From an uncultured Thermoleophilia bacterium (GTDB lineage: Bacteria; Actinomycetota; Thermoleophilia; UBA2241), in assembly GCA_903927755.1 (NCBI GenBank), contig CAIYOD010000028.1:20374-84373 (forward strand): DNA of 64,000 nt, given 5' to 3'. Positions within the stretch are counted from its first letter, which is position 1, and each line of letters starts with the position of its first letter. The notes beneath the pieces are model-generated. The model was not told where the DNA came from. It saw only the letters and a list, made by a program, of their open reading frames with translations, and did no database searches. Position numbers and translations under genes: made by a program. Below are positions 1 through 9,116 of the stretch, piece by piece.

Positions 1-2498
1 CACTGGAAGAACGCGGTGAGGATCCCGAACGCCGCGCCCACGGCGAGCAGGTTGCAGAGGATGGCCTTGAGCGGCACGAGCACCGAGCGGAACGCGGCCA
101 GCAGCACGACGAAGCTGAGCGCCAGCACGACGCCGATCACCAGCGGCAAACGAGAGGAGATGATCGCCGCGAGGTCGTCGTAGGCGGCGGTCACGCCACC
201 GACGTAGACGGTGACGCCCTCGCCGCGGGTCGCGTCGGGGATCACGGAGGTGCGCAGGCGGCGGACGAGATCGGAGGTGACGGGATCCGCGGGGCGCGTG
301 GTCGCCGTCAGCGCGAACACCGCGGCGCTGCCGCTCTTGTTGACGCTCGGTGGCAAGACCGACTCGACGCCCTCCGCGTCCTCGAGCGCCCGCTGCAGGC
401 GCACCAGCCGCGGGTCGGTGGCTCGCGGCTGGCCGCCGGCGTCGGTGAGCATGCGGACGAGGTCCTTCTCGAGGGACTTCGCCCGGTCGGCCCGACGCTC
501 GAGCCGCCGCTGGTCACGCTTGAGGGCGGCGGCGTCCTCCTTGAGCCCCTCGGCGCGCTTCTCGAGGGCGTCGCCCTCGGCGGTGAGGCGCGCGCCCTGC
601 GCCTGGAGGGCGGCGCCCTGCGCCGTCAGCGCGGCGGAGTCCGCCTGCAGCGCCCGGCCGGCCGCCTCGAGCCGCCGGCCCTCGGCGGCCAGCGGCGCGG
701 CCTTCTTCTTGAGCGCCGCCGCCTCCTTCTGCAGGGCGGCGGCCTGCGCCTGGACGGTCTGAGCCTGCTGCAGCAGCGCCATCAGCTGCGCTTGCAGCTT
801 GGCGAGCTCCACAGGGTCGGTGGTCTGGGCGATCTGCGCCTGCACCGCCGCGATCTGCGCCACCAACTGCCGGCCCTGAGCCTCCAAGGCGGCGCCCTCC
901 GCCGTCAGGCGCCGCTGCTCGGCCAGCAGCGCGTTCTTGCGCGCCAGCAGCTGCCGCTGCTCGGCCAGCAGCGCATTCTTGCGCGCCAGAAGCGGCGCGG
1001 CCTGCGCCTCGAGCGCGGCCTGCTGGGCCTTGAGACTGGCCGCGCGGCGCTCGAGGGCGGCCTTGTCCGCCTTAAGGTCGTCACCGCGGCGCTCCAGCGC
1101 CTTGCCCTGCCGCTTGAGCCGACCGGCGTCCTTCTCGAGGCTGCGGCCGAGACGCTCCGCCTGCTCCTTCTTGGCCGTGTACGCTGCGCTCGGTTCGGCC
1201 ACCGGCGAGAATCGCGTGGCCACGAGCAGCCTGCCGTTGGCGCCGGGCCCGAGCCCGTCGGAGATGAGGTCGTAGGCGCGGCGCTGTGTGGCCCTCGTGG
1301 GCCAGGCGCCGAGGTCCTCCTGGCCCAGGATGAGCGTCAGCGTCGGTGCGGCCAACGGAAGCATGATCGCCAGCGCGGCGATCAGGCTGATCCAGGGATG
1401 CCGGGTCACAGTCCCCGCCCACCGCGCCCAGATGTTCTCCCCCTCGCGCGCATGTTCCGGACCCCGTCGCCACGGCAGTCGCACGGCATCGATGCGCCGG
1501 CCGACCACGCCGAGCACGGCCGGCAGGAAGGTGAGCGCCGTCAGCACTGCCACGAGCACCGCCAGCGCCGAGGCGTACCCCATGGCGCCGATGATCGGCA
1601 CCCGCGCGACGAGCAGCGAGAGCAGCGCGATGATCACGGTGACACCGGCGAACAGCACGGCGCTGCCCGACGTGGCCATGGCCCGAGCCACGGCCTCCCG
1701 CACGTCCGCTCCGCCGTGCAATTCGTCGCGATAGCGGAAGACGATGAAGAGCGCGTAGTCGATACCGACGCCGAGGCCGAGCATGGTCGCCAGGGTCGGC
1801 GCCACCACCGGGATGTCGGCCACGTGGCCGAGCAGGCCGATGAGCCCGAGCCCCGTCACCAGCGCGACGATCGCGGTGAGGATCGGCATGCCGGCCGCGA
1901 CGAGCGCGCCGAAGGTGATCGCGAGTATCACCACGCCGGCGGCGAGGCCGATGAACTCGCTGCGCCGGGACCTCTCCTCCGAGAGCCGGACACCGAGGAC
2001 GCCGCCGGCCTCGACCTGGAGTCCGGCGTCCCGGGCCGGCTGGGCGGCGGCCATGACCTCCCTCGCGAGCTCGCGCGTCACCTGGCCGCCGTTCACGTCC
2101 AGCAGGACCTGTGCGATGGCCGTCTTCTCGTCCTCGCTCATCAGAAGAGAGCGGGCGCCGCGATCGAACGGGCTGGTGACGCTGCTGACGTGCGGGACCG
2201 CCTTCATCCTCCGCACGGACGCCTCGATGGCCCGCTTGGCCGCCGGATCGACCAGGATTCCCCCGGCGGAGTGGAACACGACTGGGCTCTGCCCGTTCTG
2301 CTGCGGCGGGAACTCCCTGGCGAGGAAGTCGGTCGCCGCCTGCGTCTCGGTCCCGGGCAGGCGGATGTCGTTCGAGGTCTGCGCCCCCAGGAGCACCCAG
2401 CCGGTCGCGACCACGGCGACGACGCACGCCCACGCCAGCAGCACGAGCCAGGCGCGCCGAGCGCAGAAAGCGCCGAGTCTATAGAGAAGGGTGGACAC
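1..2498 (-). CDS. MMPL/RND-superfamily membrane transporter (partial, 3' end runs off the window)
   Basis: Absent from the ORF track because no stop lies inside the window. Hand translation of the minus strand from GTG 2498..2496 gives VSTLLYRLGAFCARRAWLVLLAWACVVAVVATGW. This is followed by a soluble domain, a TM bundle with GLGVGIDYALFIVFRYRDEL (classic MMPL motif), a second soluble region and a second TM bundle (LVIGVVLALSFVVLLAAFRSVLVPLKAILCNLL). Listed + strand ORFs 211..762 and 792..2570 are Arg/Ala-rich shadow frames. Confidence 0.85.
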   Translation of the reverse strand, partial: MSTLLYRLGAFCARRAWLVLLAWACVVAVVATGWVLLGAQTSNDIRLPGTETQAATDFLAREFPPQQNGQSPVVFHSAGGILVDPAAKRAIEASVRRMKAVPHVSSVTSPFDRGARSLLMSEDEKTAIAQVLLDVNGGQVTRELAREVMAAAQPARDAGLQVEAGGVLGVRLSEERSRRSEFIGLAAGVVILAITFGALVAAGMPILTAIVALVTGLGLIGLLGHVADIPVVAPTLATMLGLGVGIDYALFIVFRYRDELHGGADVREAVARAMATSGSAVLFAGVTVIIALLSLLVARVPIIGAMGYASALAVLVAVLTALTFLPAVLGVVGRRIDAVRLPWRRGPEHAREGENIWARWAGTVTRHPWISLIAALAIMLPLAAPTLTLILGQEDLGAWPTRATQRRAYDLISDGLGPGANGRLLVATRFSPVAEPSAAYTAKKEQAERLGRSLEKDAGRLKRQGKALERRGDDLKADKAALERRAASLKAQQAALEAQAAPLLARKNALLAEQRQLLARKNALLAEQRRLTAEGAALEAQGRQLVAQIAAVQAQIAQTTDPVELAKLQAQLMALLQQAQTVQAQAAALQKEAAALKKKAAPLAAEGRRLEAAGRALQADSAALTAQGAALQAQGARLTAEGDALEKRAEGLKEDAAALKRDQRRLERRADRAKSLEKDLVRMLTDAGGQPRATDPRLVRLQRALEDAEGVESVLPPSVNKSGSAAVFALTATTRPADPVTSDLVRRLRTSVIPDATRGEGVTVYVGGVTAAYDDLAAIISSRLPLVIGVVLALSFVVLLAAFRSVLVPLKAILCNLLAVGAAFGILTAFFQ

Positions 2499-2616
2499 GC
2501 AGCGGGTATCCTTCCACTGGCCGGGACCGGGATTCTGACCATACGTACCCCGACTCAAGTGTCAACCTGACGTGACGACGCCGCTCCGGCCGGAGGGGCC
2601 GACCAAAGGAGACAGC

Positions 2617-3177
2617 GTGAAGACAAGGATGCGCAGAACGAAGGTGGTGGCGATCGCGCTCGCAGCGCTCGCCCTGGCCGTGATCCTCGCGGGCTGCGGA
2701 AGCTCGGACAGCCCGAGCGCCGCGGCCTCGACGATCTTCCCGGAGTCGTCGCCCACCGGGACCCTCCCCGCCCTCAAGGCCTACCTGACCGACGCCCAGA
2801 CCGTCCTCGGACAGGTCAGCACCACCGTCGGGACGCTGCCGGCCGCGGTGCAAGGCATCGACAAGGTCCCGAACGACAGCTGGACCTCGGCGGCCACCCA
2901 GCTGCAGAGCATCGCGACCCAACTCGGCGACGAGGCCTCCGCTCTCGCCGCGCTGCAGCCGCCGTCCGCGCTCCAGCCGGTGCAGGACGCGGTCGTGAAG
3001 GGCATCCAGGCCGCGCAGTCGGGCATCGACGAGCTGGCGACGAAGATCGCCTCCAAGCCGGCTGCCCTCGCAAACAAGAAGGCCGAGATCCAGTCGCAGG
3101 TCGACCAGTACAAGTCGCAGCTTGAAGGACTCAGCACGCAACTGAAGAGCGCCCTGGGCGGCCTGGCGGGCCAATGA
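2617..3177 (+). CDS. Secreted lipoprotein, unknown function
   Basis: ORF 2572..3177. An AAAGGAG Shine-Dalgarno lies 4-5 nt before GTG 2617. Signal peptide VKTRMRRTKVVAIALAALALAVILAG-C has a lipobox. The mature part is Ala/Gln-rich and helical-looking. The start could also be ATG 2629. Confidence 0.6.
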   Translation: MKTRMRRTKVVAIALAALALAVILAGCGSSDSPSAAASTIFPESSPTGTLPALKAYLTDAQTVLGQVSTTVGTLPAAVQGIDKVPNDSWTSAATQLQSIATQLGDEASALAALQPPSALQPVQDAVVKGIQAAQSGIDELATKIASKPAALANKKAEIQSQVDQYKSQLEGLSTQLKSALGGLAGQ

Positions 3178-3220
3178 TCGTCTGAGCGGCCGCCGGCCCG
3201 GCGGCTCCTCTCTCTGAAGA

Positions 3221-3261
3221 ACGACGGGGCGGGCGTCCCTTCCGGATGCCCGCCCCGTCGT
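3221..3261 (+). terminator. GC-rich hairpin downstream of the lipoprotein gene
   Basis: Perfect 14-bp inverted repeat ACGACGGGGCGGGC (3221..3234) / GCCCGCCCCGTCGT (3248..3261) with a 13-nt loop. There is no U-tract, which is common in high-GC bacteria. Confidence 0.4.
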
Positions 3262-3390
3262 CGTCTGGCGGCCGGCCTCGCCCCGTCCTCGTACTTGACT
3301 GGACGGATATCCCATGCCGGATCGCGGCCGGGTCGGCATAGTAGGAGTAGTGGCACCGTCATCCCGGCGGACATCGATCGGGGAGTCGCA

Positions 3391-4161
3391 ATGATCGGGC
3401 AGCGTGGGCGCAGACATCAGCAGGGATTCACCATGATCGAGCTGCTCATCGTCGTGATCGTCATCGCCATCCTTGCGGCGATCGCCATCCCGACCTACCT
3501 CAGCCAGCGACAGAAGGCCAAGGACGCAGCCGTGAAGGACGCCGTGCACAGCCTGCAGATCGGCGTGCAGAGCTACGCCGTCGATCACAACGACACGTAC
3601 CCGGCGAGCGGCGATCTTTCCGCCCTCAAGAGTGACTACCTGGACGCCTGGCCGCGCGACCCGTATCAGGGCGGCGACATGGCCTACGCGTCGTCCCCGA
3701 CGGCCGGCTCCTACGCGTACACGTCCACCGGGACCTCGTACGACATCATCGGATGGCTGAGCGACGGCAGCTTCGAGGTCCCGGGCGGATCGGCGGTAGC
3801 GTCTGTGTTCCAGGTCAAGAGCGACTACCTCATCCAGTTGCTGCTCCAGTACTACGCGAAGAACGGCAAATGGCCACGCTCTTGGGCGCCCTACTGCTAC
3901 ACGGACCTGGGGCTGGACCCCGCCGACTACGCCTCGTCGCTGGAAGGCGTGTTCTACAAGATCGGCGGCTACAAGGTGTCCATCCGCCCCGATGCCGGCT
4001 ACACGCTGACCGTGACCGACTCCAGCGGCAAGCCCCGCGTCATGACCAATAACCTGAATTGGGACATCGTCTACGACGCGACGTCGGGCAAGTGGTACTA
4101 CCACACGATCGACCCGGCCAACGAGGTCGACATCTCCACCCTGTCGGTCACGAGGGCCTGA
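3391..4161 (+). CDS. Type IV pilin-like protein (prepilin N-terminal cleavage/methylation domain)
   Basis: ATG 3391 is preceded by GGGGAG. N-terminus MIGQRGRRHQQG-FTMIELLIVVIVIAILAAIAIPTYL is the canonical G|F(T)xxE prepilin peptidase site plus a hydrophobic helix. A C-terminal domain of about 230 aa follows. Confidence 0.75.
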   Translation: MIGQRGRRHQQGFTMIELLIVVIVIAILAAIAIPTYLSQRQKAKDAAVKDAVHSLQIGVQSYAVDHNDTYPASGDLSALKSDYLDAWPRDPYQGGDMAYASSPTAGSYAYTSTGTSYDIIGWLSDGSFEVPGGSAVASVFQVKSDYLIQLLLQYYAKNGKWPRSWAPYCYTDLGLDPADYASSLEGVFYKIGGYKVSIRPDAGYTLTVTDSSGKPRVMTNNLNWDIVYDATSGKWYYHTIDPANEVDISTLSVTRA

Positions 4162-4174
4162 GGGGCGGCGGCAC

Positions 4175-4555
4175 TCAGCTCTGAGAGTGCAGCCCGACCG
4201 TGTTGCCCTCGGTGTCGGCGATCATCGCGAAGTGGCCGGCGCCCTCCATGCCGATCGCCGTCTTGGGCATCAGGATCCGGCCGCCGGCCGCCTCGACCTT
4301 GTCGAGGGCGACCTGCAGGTCGGGGTTCGCGTTGAGGAAGACGGCGGTGCCGGTCGCGCTGGGCACGGCGCCCTCGCCGCAGACGACGGCGCCGCCGATC
4401 TCACCCTGCCGCCAGTCGGCCGGGAACCCCCACATCTCCATGCCGGGGCCGGCGTCCATCGCCTCAAGCTTGCAGTCGCAGATCGTCTCGTAGAACGTCT
4501 TAGCACGCGCCATGTCGGTGGCGGGGATCTGGAACCAGGTGATCGCGGGTGCCAT
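4175..4555 (-). CDS. VOC (glyoxalase/bleomycin-resistance/dioxygenase) family protein
   Basis: ORF 4175..4633 trimmed to ATG 4555, which is preceded by GAGGAGGG. The sequence runs MAPAITWFQIPATDMARAKTFYETI...GGRILMPKTAIGMEGAGHFAMIADTEGNTVGLHSQ, typical of a single-domain VOC fold. Confidence 0.8.
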   Translation of the reverse strand: MAPAITWFQIPATDMARAKTFYETICDCKLEAMDAGPGMEMWGFPADWRQGEIGGAVVCGEGAVPSATGTAVFLNANPDLQVALDKVEAAGGRILMPKTAIGMEGAGHFAMIADTEGNTVGLHSQS

Positions 4556-4651
4556 AAGGACCCTCCTCGCTGATCTCTCCCTCTCGGGGCTCTCCCCTCG
4601 GGGGCTTGTCCGGTAGATTGCTCCGCCGGACACGCGGGAAACCCGCGGACC

Positions 4652-5167
4652 TCAGTCGAGTGGCGGCTCGTTCCCTTCGACCGCAGGGATGGGCCCCAGA
4701 GCCGCGCGCCAGAAGATCACGTCGGCGATGGCCAGCGCCGTGCCGACCGCGACGTAGAGGATGCCCAGAAAGGTACGGCCGCCCCAGGAGTCCACCAGCG
4801 GCGTGCGGCGCAGCAGCATCCCGCCGCCCATCATCACGATGATGAACAGCCACGAGCTCGGCGCGAAGAAGCCGAAGAAGCAGGCATGGCCGCGCGTGTG
4901 GATGCGCCTGACGGCCTTGCGCGCGTAGCGGATGAGGATCAGACGAGCTTTGACGAGGCCGATAGCCACCGCGACCAGGGCGATGAGCACGATGCCGTAG
5001 CCGAAGCGTTCGTACTCGTCGGGCGCGATGGTGTAGAAGACGCCGCGGATCAACAGGATGCCGGTACCCACCAGCCACAGCAGCGCCGCGGCGACGAGCT
5101 GGACGCGGACGCCGGCGCGCGGGGTGAGGCGGCGCCAGCCGGTGCGGGAGGTTTGGAGCTCATCCAT
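4652..5167 (-). CDS. Integral membrane protein, unknown function (4 predicted TM helices)
   Basis: 171-aa ORF with alternating hydrophobic segments (LVAAALLWLVGTGILLI, GIVLIALVAVAIGLV, FFGFFAPSSWLFIIVMMGGGML, FLGILYVAVGTALAIADVIFW) and high GC3. Confidence 0.6.
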   Translation of the reverse strand: MDELQTSRTGWRRLTPRAGVRVQLVAAALLWLVGTGILLIRGVFYTIAPDEYERFGYGIVLIALVAVAIGLVKARLILIRYARKAVRRIHTRGHACFFGFFAPSSWLFIIVMMGGGMLLRRTPLVDSWGGRTFLGILYVAVGTALAIADVIFWRAALGPIPAVEGNEPPLD

Positions 5168-5186
5168 GCACCGAGGATAGCAGGCG

Positions 5187-5492
5187 TCAGAGCTCGCCGC
5201 GCAGATACGCGCCGGCGCCGTAGAACACCACGTAGTAGAGGATCACCGCGCCGGCGAGCAGCGCCAGAAGCGTCACCAGGAGCTGTAGACAGCCCTGCTG
5301 CTCCACGGAGTCGACGCGGCGGCGGCGGAACACACCGAGCCAGTGGCCGGCCAGGACGATGCCGGCCACGACGAAGCCCAGAGCCGCCAGGCCTCCCAGG
5401 ATGACCGTCCAGCCCTTCGCGCCGGAGATCAGCCGGAGGAACACCGGCGCAGCCCCGAGGATGAGCACGATGCCCACGATGGTGCGCCCCAT
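5187..5492 (-). CDS. Small membrane protein, unknown function
   Basis: ORF 5187..5732 trimmed to ATG 5492 (MGRTIVGIVLILGAAPVFLRL...). It has three hydrophobic helices. The upstream 80 codons of the listed ORF are Arg/Gly-rich and overlap a conserved intergenic element. Confidence 0.5.
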   Translation of the reverse strand: MGRTIVGIVLILGAAPVFLRLISGAKGWTVILGGLAALGFVVAGIVLAGHWLGVFRRRRVDSVEQQGCLQLLVTLLALLAGAVILYYVVFYGAGAYLRGEL

Positions 5493-5635
5493 GCCTTTCG
5501 CCTCTTGAGCCGTCTCGGTCCTCCCGTGCCCTCCGTCACCCGGCGCCAGCATACCGCCCGCCGCGCGCCGGTGGACGCCCGAGCCTGCCGCACTCGGGTG
5601 GCTGCCCTCGCCGGGCGACCGCAGCGCGCGGCCCC

Positions 5636-5732
5636 GACCGGCCGCCCCATGGTGCGTTTTCCAGCGGCACCGCATGCGGCACCATGCCCCAAACGACACA
5701 ATCGGGTCGGCCGACCGCACGCGCAGCGTCAC
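5636..5732. repeat. Conserved intergenic element, copy A
   Basis: CCATGGTGCGTTTTCCAGCGGCACCGCATGCGGCACC plus a 3' part ...CAAACGAC...CGGGTCGGCC...CGCGCAGCGTCAC. It matches copies at 8373..8424 and 8533..8604 (see finding). It contains the palindrome CCGCATGCGG. Confidence 0.7.
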
Positions 5733-5901
5733 TGGCTCCGGCCGATCGGCAACCTCGTTCGCCTCGCCGAGCGGGGCAGGGCGGCCGATCGGGGCAGGGC
5801 GGCGAATGACCCGGCCGCCGGGGCGCCGTCTGGAGTGAATGTCCGCAAGCGAGGTATGATTCTAGGCAACGTCGCCATCGGCGAGTTGCAGGGGCCCTCA
5901 T

Positions 5902-7380
5902 ATGCACATCAGTACAGTCGCTACCGACAAGGACGTCCGCGCGCCGCGTCTGGTGCCTTCCGCGGCGCAGTTGCTGAGCGCCCACAGCCTGCGCCGTGCC
6001 TTCGGCGTGACGGCGCTGCTCTCGATCGACTGCGGCTCTCTGATCGTGGCCATGCTCCTCGTGACGCTCATCTCGTGGCCGGGCCCGTCCCTGCTCTGGT
6101 GGGGGCTGTCCTGGTGGGACGTGGGCCTGGCCGTAGGGGTGTTCGTGGCCGTCGCCTCGCTGAAGGGACTCTACGGGCGAAGGCGCACCAGATACGGCAT
6201 CCGCAAGGTGGCCTCCGCCTGGGCCATCGCGTTCATCGTCACGCTGGTCTTCGTGCTCGTTGTCGACCCCGAGGGCATCGGCGCTCGCTACACGATCGCC
6301 TGGATCACGGCAGCCGTCCTCAGTATCGCGGGCCGGTCGGCGTTCGACGCGTTGATCGGCGTGGTCTTCGGCCCGAACGGCGATGCTCCGCCGGTCGTGC
6401 TCATGGGCACGCGCAAGTCATGCCGGGCGGCGCTCTCTGCCCTGGAGGCTCTGCCACCGACCAGGGGCGTCAACGTGGTCGGGCTGCTGACGCAGGACAA
6501 CGCGGCGTCGCGTGAACCCGAGGTGCGCGGGCTTCCGCGCGAGTTGGGCGACGCGAGGCACCTCCGGACGGCCCTCCTGGCCACCGGGGCGACCGAGGTG
6601 ATCATCGCCGATCCCGCGGAACTCAACGGCCGGCTGCAGGGCGTCATGGAGACATGCCGCGAGAGCGGCGTGGCCCTCAAGGTCATCTCGCCGGCCCTAC
6701 AGCCCTACACCGATGCCGTCACCTACATCCCGGGACTGGACTGCCCGCTCTTCGTGGTGCATCCCGAGCCCGCGAGCGCGACCAGCTACCTCGCCAAGCA
6801 GGTCATCGACCGCGTCTGCGCCGCGCTACTGCTCGTCGTCCTCAGCCCTGTGTTCCTGGCCATCGCCGTGGCGATCAAGCTCACCTCGCGTGGGCCCGTG
6901 TTCTTCGTGGAGGAGCGCGTGGGCGTCGGCCAGCGGCCGTTCCGCTGCTTCAAGTTCCGCACCATGGTCCGGGATGCCAGAGAGTCACAGGACGCCCTCG
7001 AGGCGCTGAACGAGGCCGATGGCGTCCTGTTCAAGCTGCGGGACGATCCCCGCGTGACGCCCGTCGGCAGGTTCCTTCGACGCCTGAGCATCGACGAGCT
7101 GCCGCAGCTCGCCAACGTGCTGACGGGCGACATGAGCTTCGTAGGGCCTCGTCCGCTGCCGCTGCGCGACTGCGGTCTCATGGAAGACTCGCACCGCCGG
7201 CGTCACGTCCTCAAGCCAGGAATGACCGGACTCTGGCAGATCAGCGGCCGTAGCCATCTCACGTTCGACGACATGGTGCGTCTGGACCTGCAGTACATGG
7301 AGAACTGGTCGCTGAGGGCCGACGCCTACATCCTGTGGCGAACGGTCGGGGCCGTCGTGCGTTCGCGCGGCGCGTACTGA
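5902..7380 (+). CDS. Polyprenyl-phosphate glycosyl-1-phosphate transferase (WbaP/EpsL-type bacterial sugar transferase)
   Basis: N-terminal multi-TM region and a central soluble domain. The C-terminal catalytic domain reads [28 protein letters not shown]...FKFRTM...[21 protein letters not shown]...[13 protein letters not shown], the hallmark of initiating sugar transferases. Confidence 0.9.
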   Translation: MHISTVATDKDVRAPRLVPSAAQLLSAHSLRRAFGVTALLSIDCGSLIVAMLLVTLISWPGPSLLWWGLSWWDVGLAVGVFVAVASLKGLYGRRRTRYGIRKVASAWAIAFIVTLVFVLVVDPEGIGARYTIAWITAAVLSIAGRSAFDALIGVVFGPNGDAPPVVLMGTRKSCRAALSALEALPPTRGVNVVGLLTQDNAASREPEVRGLPRELGDARHLRTALLATGATEVIIADPAELNGRLQGVMETCRESGVALKVISPALQPYTDAVTYIPGLDCPLFVVHPEPASATSYLAKQVIDRVCAALLLVVLSPVFLAIAVAIKLTSRGPVFFVEERVGVGQRPFRCFKFRTMVRDARESQDALEALNEADGVLFKLRDDPRVTPVGRFLRRLSIDELPQLANVLTGDMSFVGPRPLPLRDCGLMEDSHRRRHVLKPGMTGLWQISGRSHLTFDDMVRLDLQYMENWSLRADAYILWRTVGAVVRSRGAY

Positions 7381-7390
7381 GAGGGATGCC

Positions 7391-8317
7391 ATGACCACTT
7401 CTGTCGTGACCGGTGGCGCCGGGTTCCTCGGCTCGCACCTGTGTGACTACCTGCTGGACAAGGGGCACCGGGTCGTCTGCCTGGACAACCTCGACACCGG
7501 CTCGCTGGAGAACATCGAGCACATCCACGACGACCACTTCGCGTTCCACAACGTCGACGTCATCGAGCACATCGACATCGAAGAGCGCGTCGACTACGTG
7601 TTCCACCTCGCCAGCCCTGCCAGCCCGATCGACTACAACCGTCTGCCGCTGCACACGCTCAAGGTCGGCTCGTACGGGACGCACAACGCGCTCGGCCTGG
7701 CCAAGTTCAAGCGCGCCCGCTTCCTGATCTCTTCGACCTCTGAGGTGTATGGCGATCCGCTCGAACACCCTCAGAAGGAGACGTACTGGGGCAACGTGAA
7801 TCCCATCGGCCCCCGGGGAGTCTACGACGAGGCGAAGCGGTACGCGGAGGCGATGACCATGGCGTACCACCGCCAGCAGGGCGTGGACACGGCCATCGCG
7901 CGGATCTTCAACACCTACGGTCCACGCATGCGCGTGAACGACGGGCGGGCGGTCCCCACGTTCATCGACCAGGCGCTGAGAAAGCAGCCGCTGACGGTGT
8001 TCGGCGACGGCTCGCAGACCCGGTCGTTCTGCTACGTGGACGACCTCGTCGAGGGCCTCTACCTGCTCGCGACCCACGATGTGCACGAGCCGGTGAACCT
8101 CGGCAACCCCGAAGAGCACACGCTCACGGAACTCGCCGAGATGGTCCTCGACGTGACGGGCAGCCCCAGCGAGATCGTCAACGAAGCGCTGCCGATCGAC
8201 GACCCCCAGGTGCGGCAGCCCGACATCACGCGCGCGACCAGCCTGCTCGGCTGGACTCCCAAGGTGTCCCTGCGCGACGGGATGACGCGCACTGTCGATT
8301 TCGAGCTGCAGCGGTAG
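7391..8317 (+). CDS. uxs: UDP-glucuronate decarboxylase (UDP-xylose synthase), SDR family
   Basis: [38 protein letters not shown]...[10 protein letters not shown]...YDEAKR...[10 protein letters not shown]...[16 protein letters not shown] is colinear with the UXS-type extended SDRs. Ends in TAG. Confidence 0.85.
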   Translation: MTTSVVTGGAGFLGSHLCDYLLDKGHRVVCLDNLDTGSLENIEHIHDDHFAFHNVDVIEHIDIEERVDYVFHLASPASPIDYNRLPLHTLKVGSYGTHNALGLAKFKRARFLISSTSEVYGDPLEHPQKETYWGNVNPIGPRGVYDEAKRYAEAMTMAYHRQQGVDTAIARIFNTYGPRMRVNDGRAVPTFIDQALRKQPLTVFGDGSQTRSFCYVDDLVEGLYLLATHDVHEPVNLGNPEEHTLTELAEMVLDVTGSPSEIVNEALPIDDPQVRQPDITRATSLLGWTPKVSLRDGMTRTVDFELQR

Positions 8318-8372
8318 CCAAAGCCGTCGCCCTGCCGTGCTCGAAGCGGGCCCGCGGGGGGCGGACCTCGAG

Positions 8373-8424
8373 CACCGGCCGGCGGGACCATAGTGCGTTT
8401 TGCAGCAGCACCGCGTGCGGTACC
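8373..8424. repeat. Conserved intergenic element, copy B1 (5' half)
   Basis: CCATAGTGCGTTTTGCAGCAGCACCGCGTGCGGTACC matches 32 of 37 positions with copy A (hand count), and the upstream ACCGGCCG is also shared. Confidence 0.7.
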
Positions 8425-8532
8425 GCCGTCGGCACCGCACACCCGCAGACGCCGGCGGCGCCGGCGGCGGCAAGGCCGGTCAGTGCCGATAGATGTTCCG
8501 CAGGGCGGAACCGCAGGCGGCACCTGGCTCTG

Positions 8533-8604
8533 CCAGTGACACCGCGTGCGGATCTGCGTGTCAAACGACTGTGCCGGGTCGGCCTGCGGCCCGCGCAATG
8601 TCAC
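8533..8604. repeat. Conserved intergenic element, copy B2 (core plus 3' half)
   Basis: An ungapped 72-nt alignment with 5661..5732 gives 50 of 72 identities by hand. Identities cluster in blocks: CCAG.G.CACCGC.TGCGG, CAAACGAC, CGGGTCGGCC, CGCGCA..GTCAC. Confidence 0.65.
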
Positions 8605-8663
8605 CCCGGCAAGCCCTCCGGCAACCGCGTTCGCGCCCGTCGCCACCAGATACCCTCACCTTC

Positions 8664-8915
8664 ATGGAGACGCCCGAGGTCATCCCCATCACCGACCTCC
8701 GTCGGGACACCGCGCGGATCATCGCCGGTCAGATCGCGGCCGAGACCCCCGCGTACATCACCCAGGGCGGGTACGTGACCGCCGTCGTCCTGTCGCCGGA
8801 GCGCTACAGGGGCCTCGCTCGCCTTGCCGAACGGGGCATGGCGGCAGACAGGGCGGCCGAAGCGAACGCGAGGATGACCGGCGGTCGGCAGCGCGAGGCA
8901 GAGGACGACGGGTAG
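8664..8915 (+). CDS. Phd/YefM-family antitoxin-like protein (no adjacent toxin)
   Basis: ORF 8493..8915 trimmed to ATG 8664. METPEVIPITDLRRDTARIIAGQIAAETPAYITQGGYVTAVVLSPERYRGL is a typical Phd/YefM N-terminal fold signature. It ends in TAG, followed by 24 in-frame coding-like codons. Confidence 0.65.
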   Translation: METPEVIPITDLRRDTARIIAGQIAAETPAYITQGGYVTAVVLSPERYRGLARLAERGMAADRAAEANARMTGGRQREAEDDG

Positions 8916-9116
8916 TCGGAGGACGTCTTCGGCTTCCTCGACCCCGAGACGGCGAAGATCCTCGACGCCGGGGGATACGAGTTCGAATGACGGGGGCGCA
9001 CGGGCGGGGCGCACAGGCGGACGGTCCGCGTCTCCGCCGTGCCGGCGGAATGGAGCGTCTTGACCGGCACAACCGGGTAGAATCGAGGCGCCCTTGTCCC
9101 GGCGCGAAAGGCCCCC

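Noticed and set aside
792-2570. Long + strand ORFs (792..2570, 1288..1734, 1783..2484) and minus-strand ORF 1081..2433 over the first 2.5 kb
   Set aside because: Their products are Arg/Gly/Pro/His-rich with no recognisable motifs. A different minus-strand frame, not in the track because it has no stop in the window, encodes a textbook MMPL transporter. These are shadow frames of a high-GC gene.
8315-8520. Long open frame after the TAG stop of uxs (possible read-through)
   Set aside because: The extension runs through the conserved non-coding element and is Pro/Arg/Ala-rich. The UXS domain is complete at the TAG.
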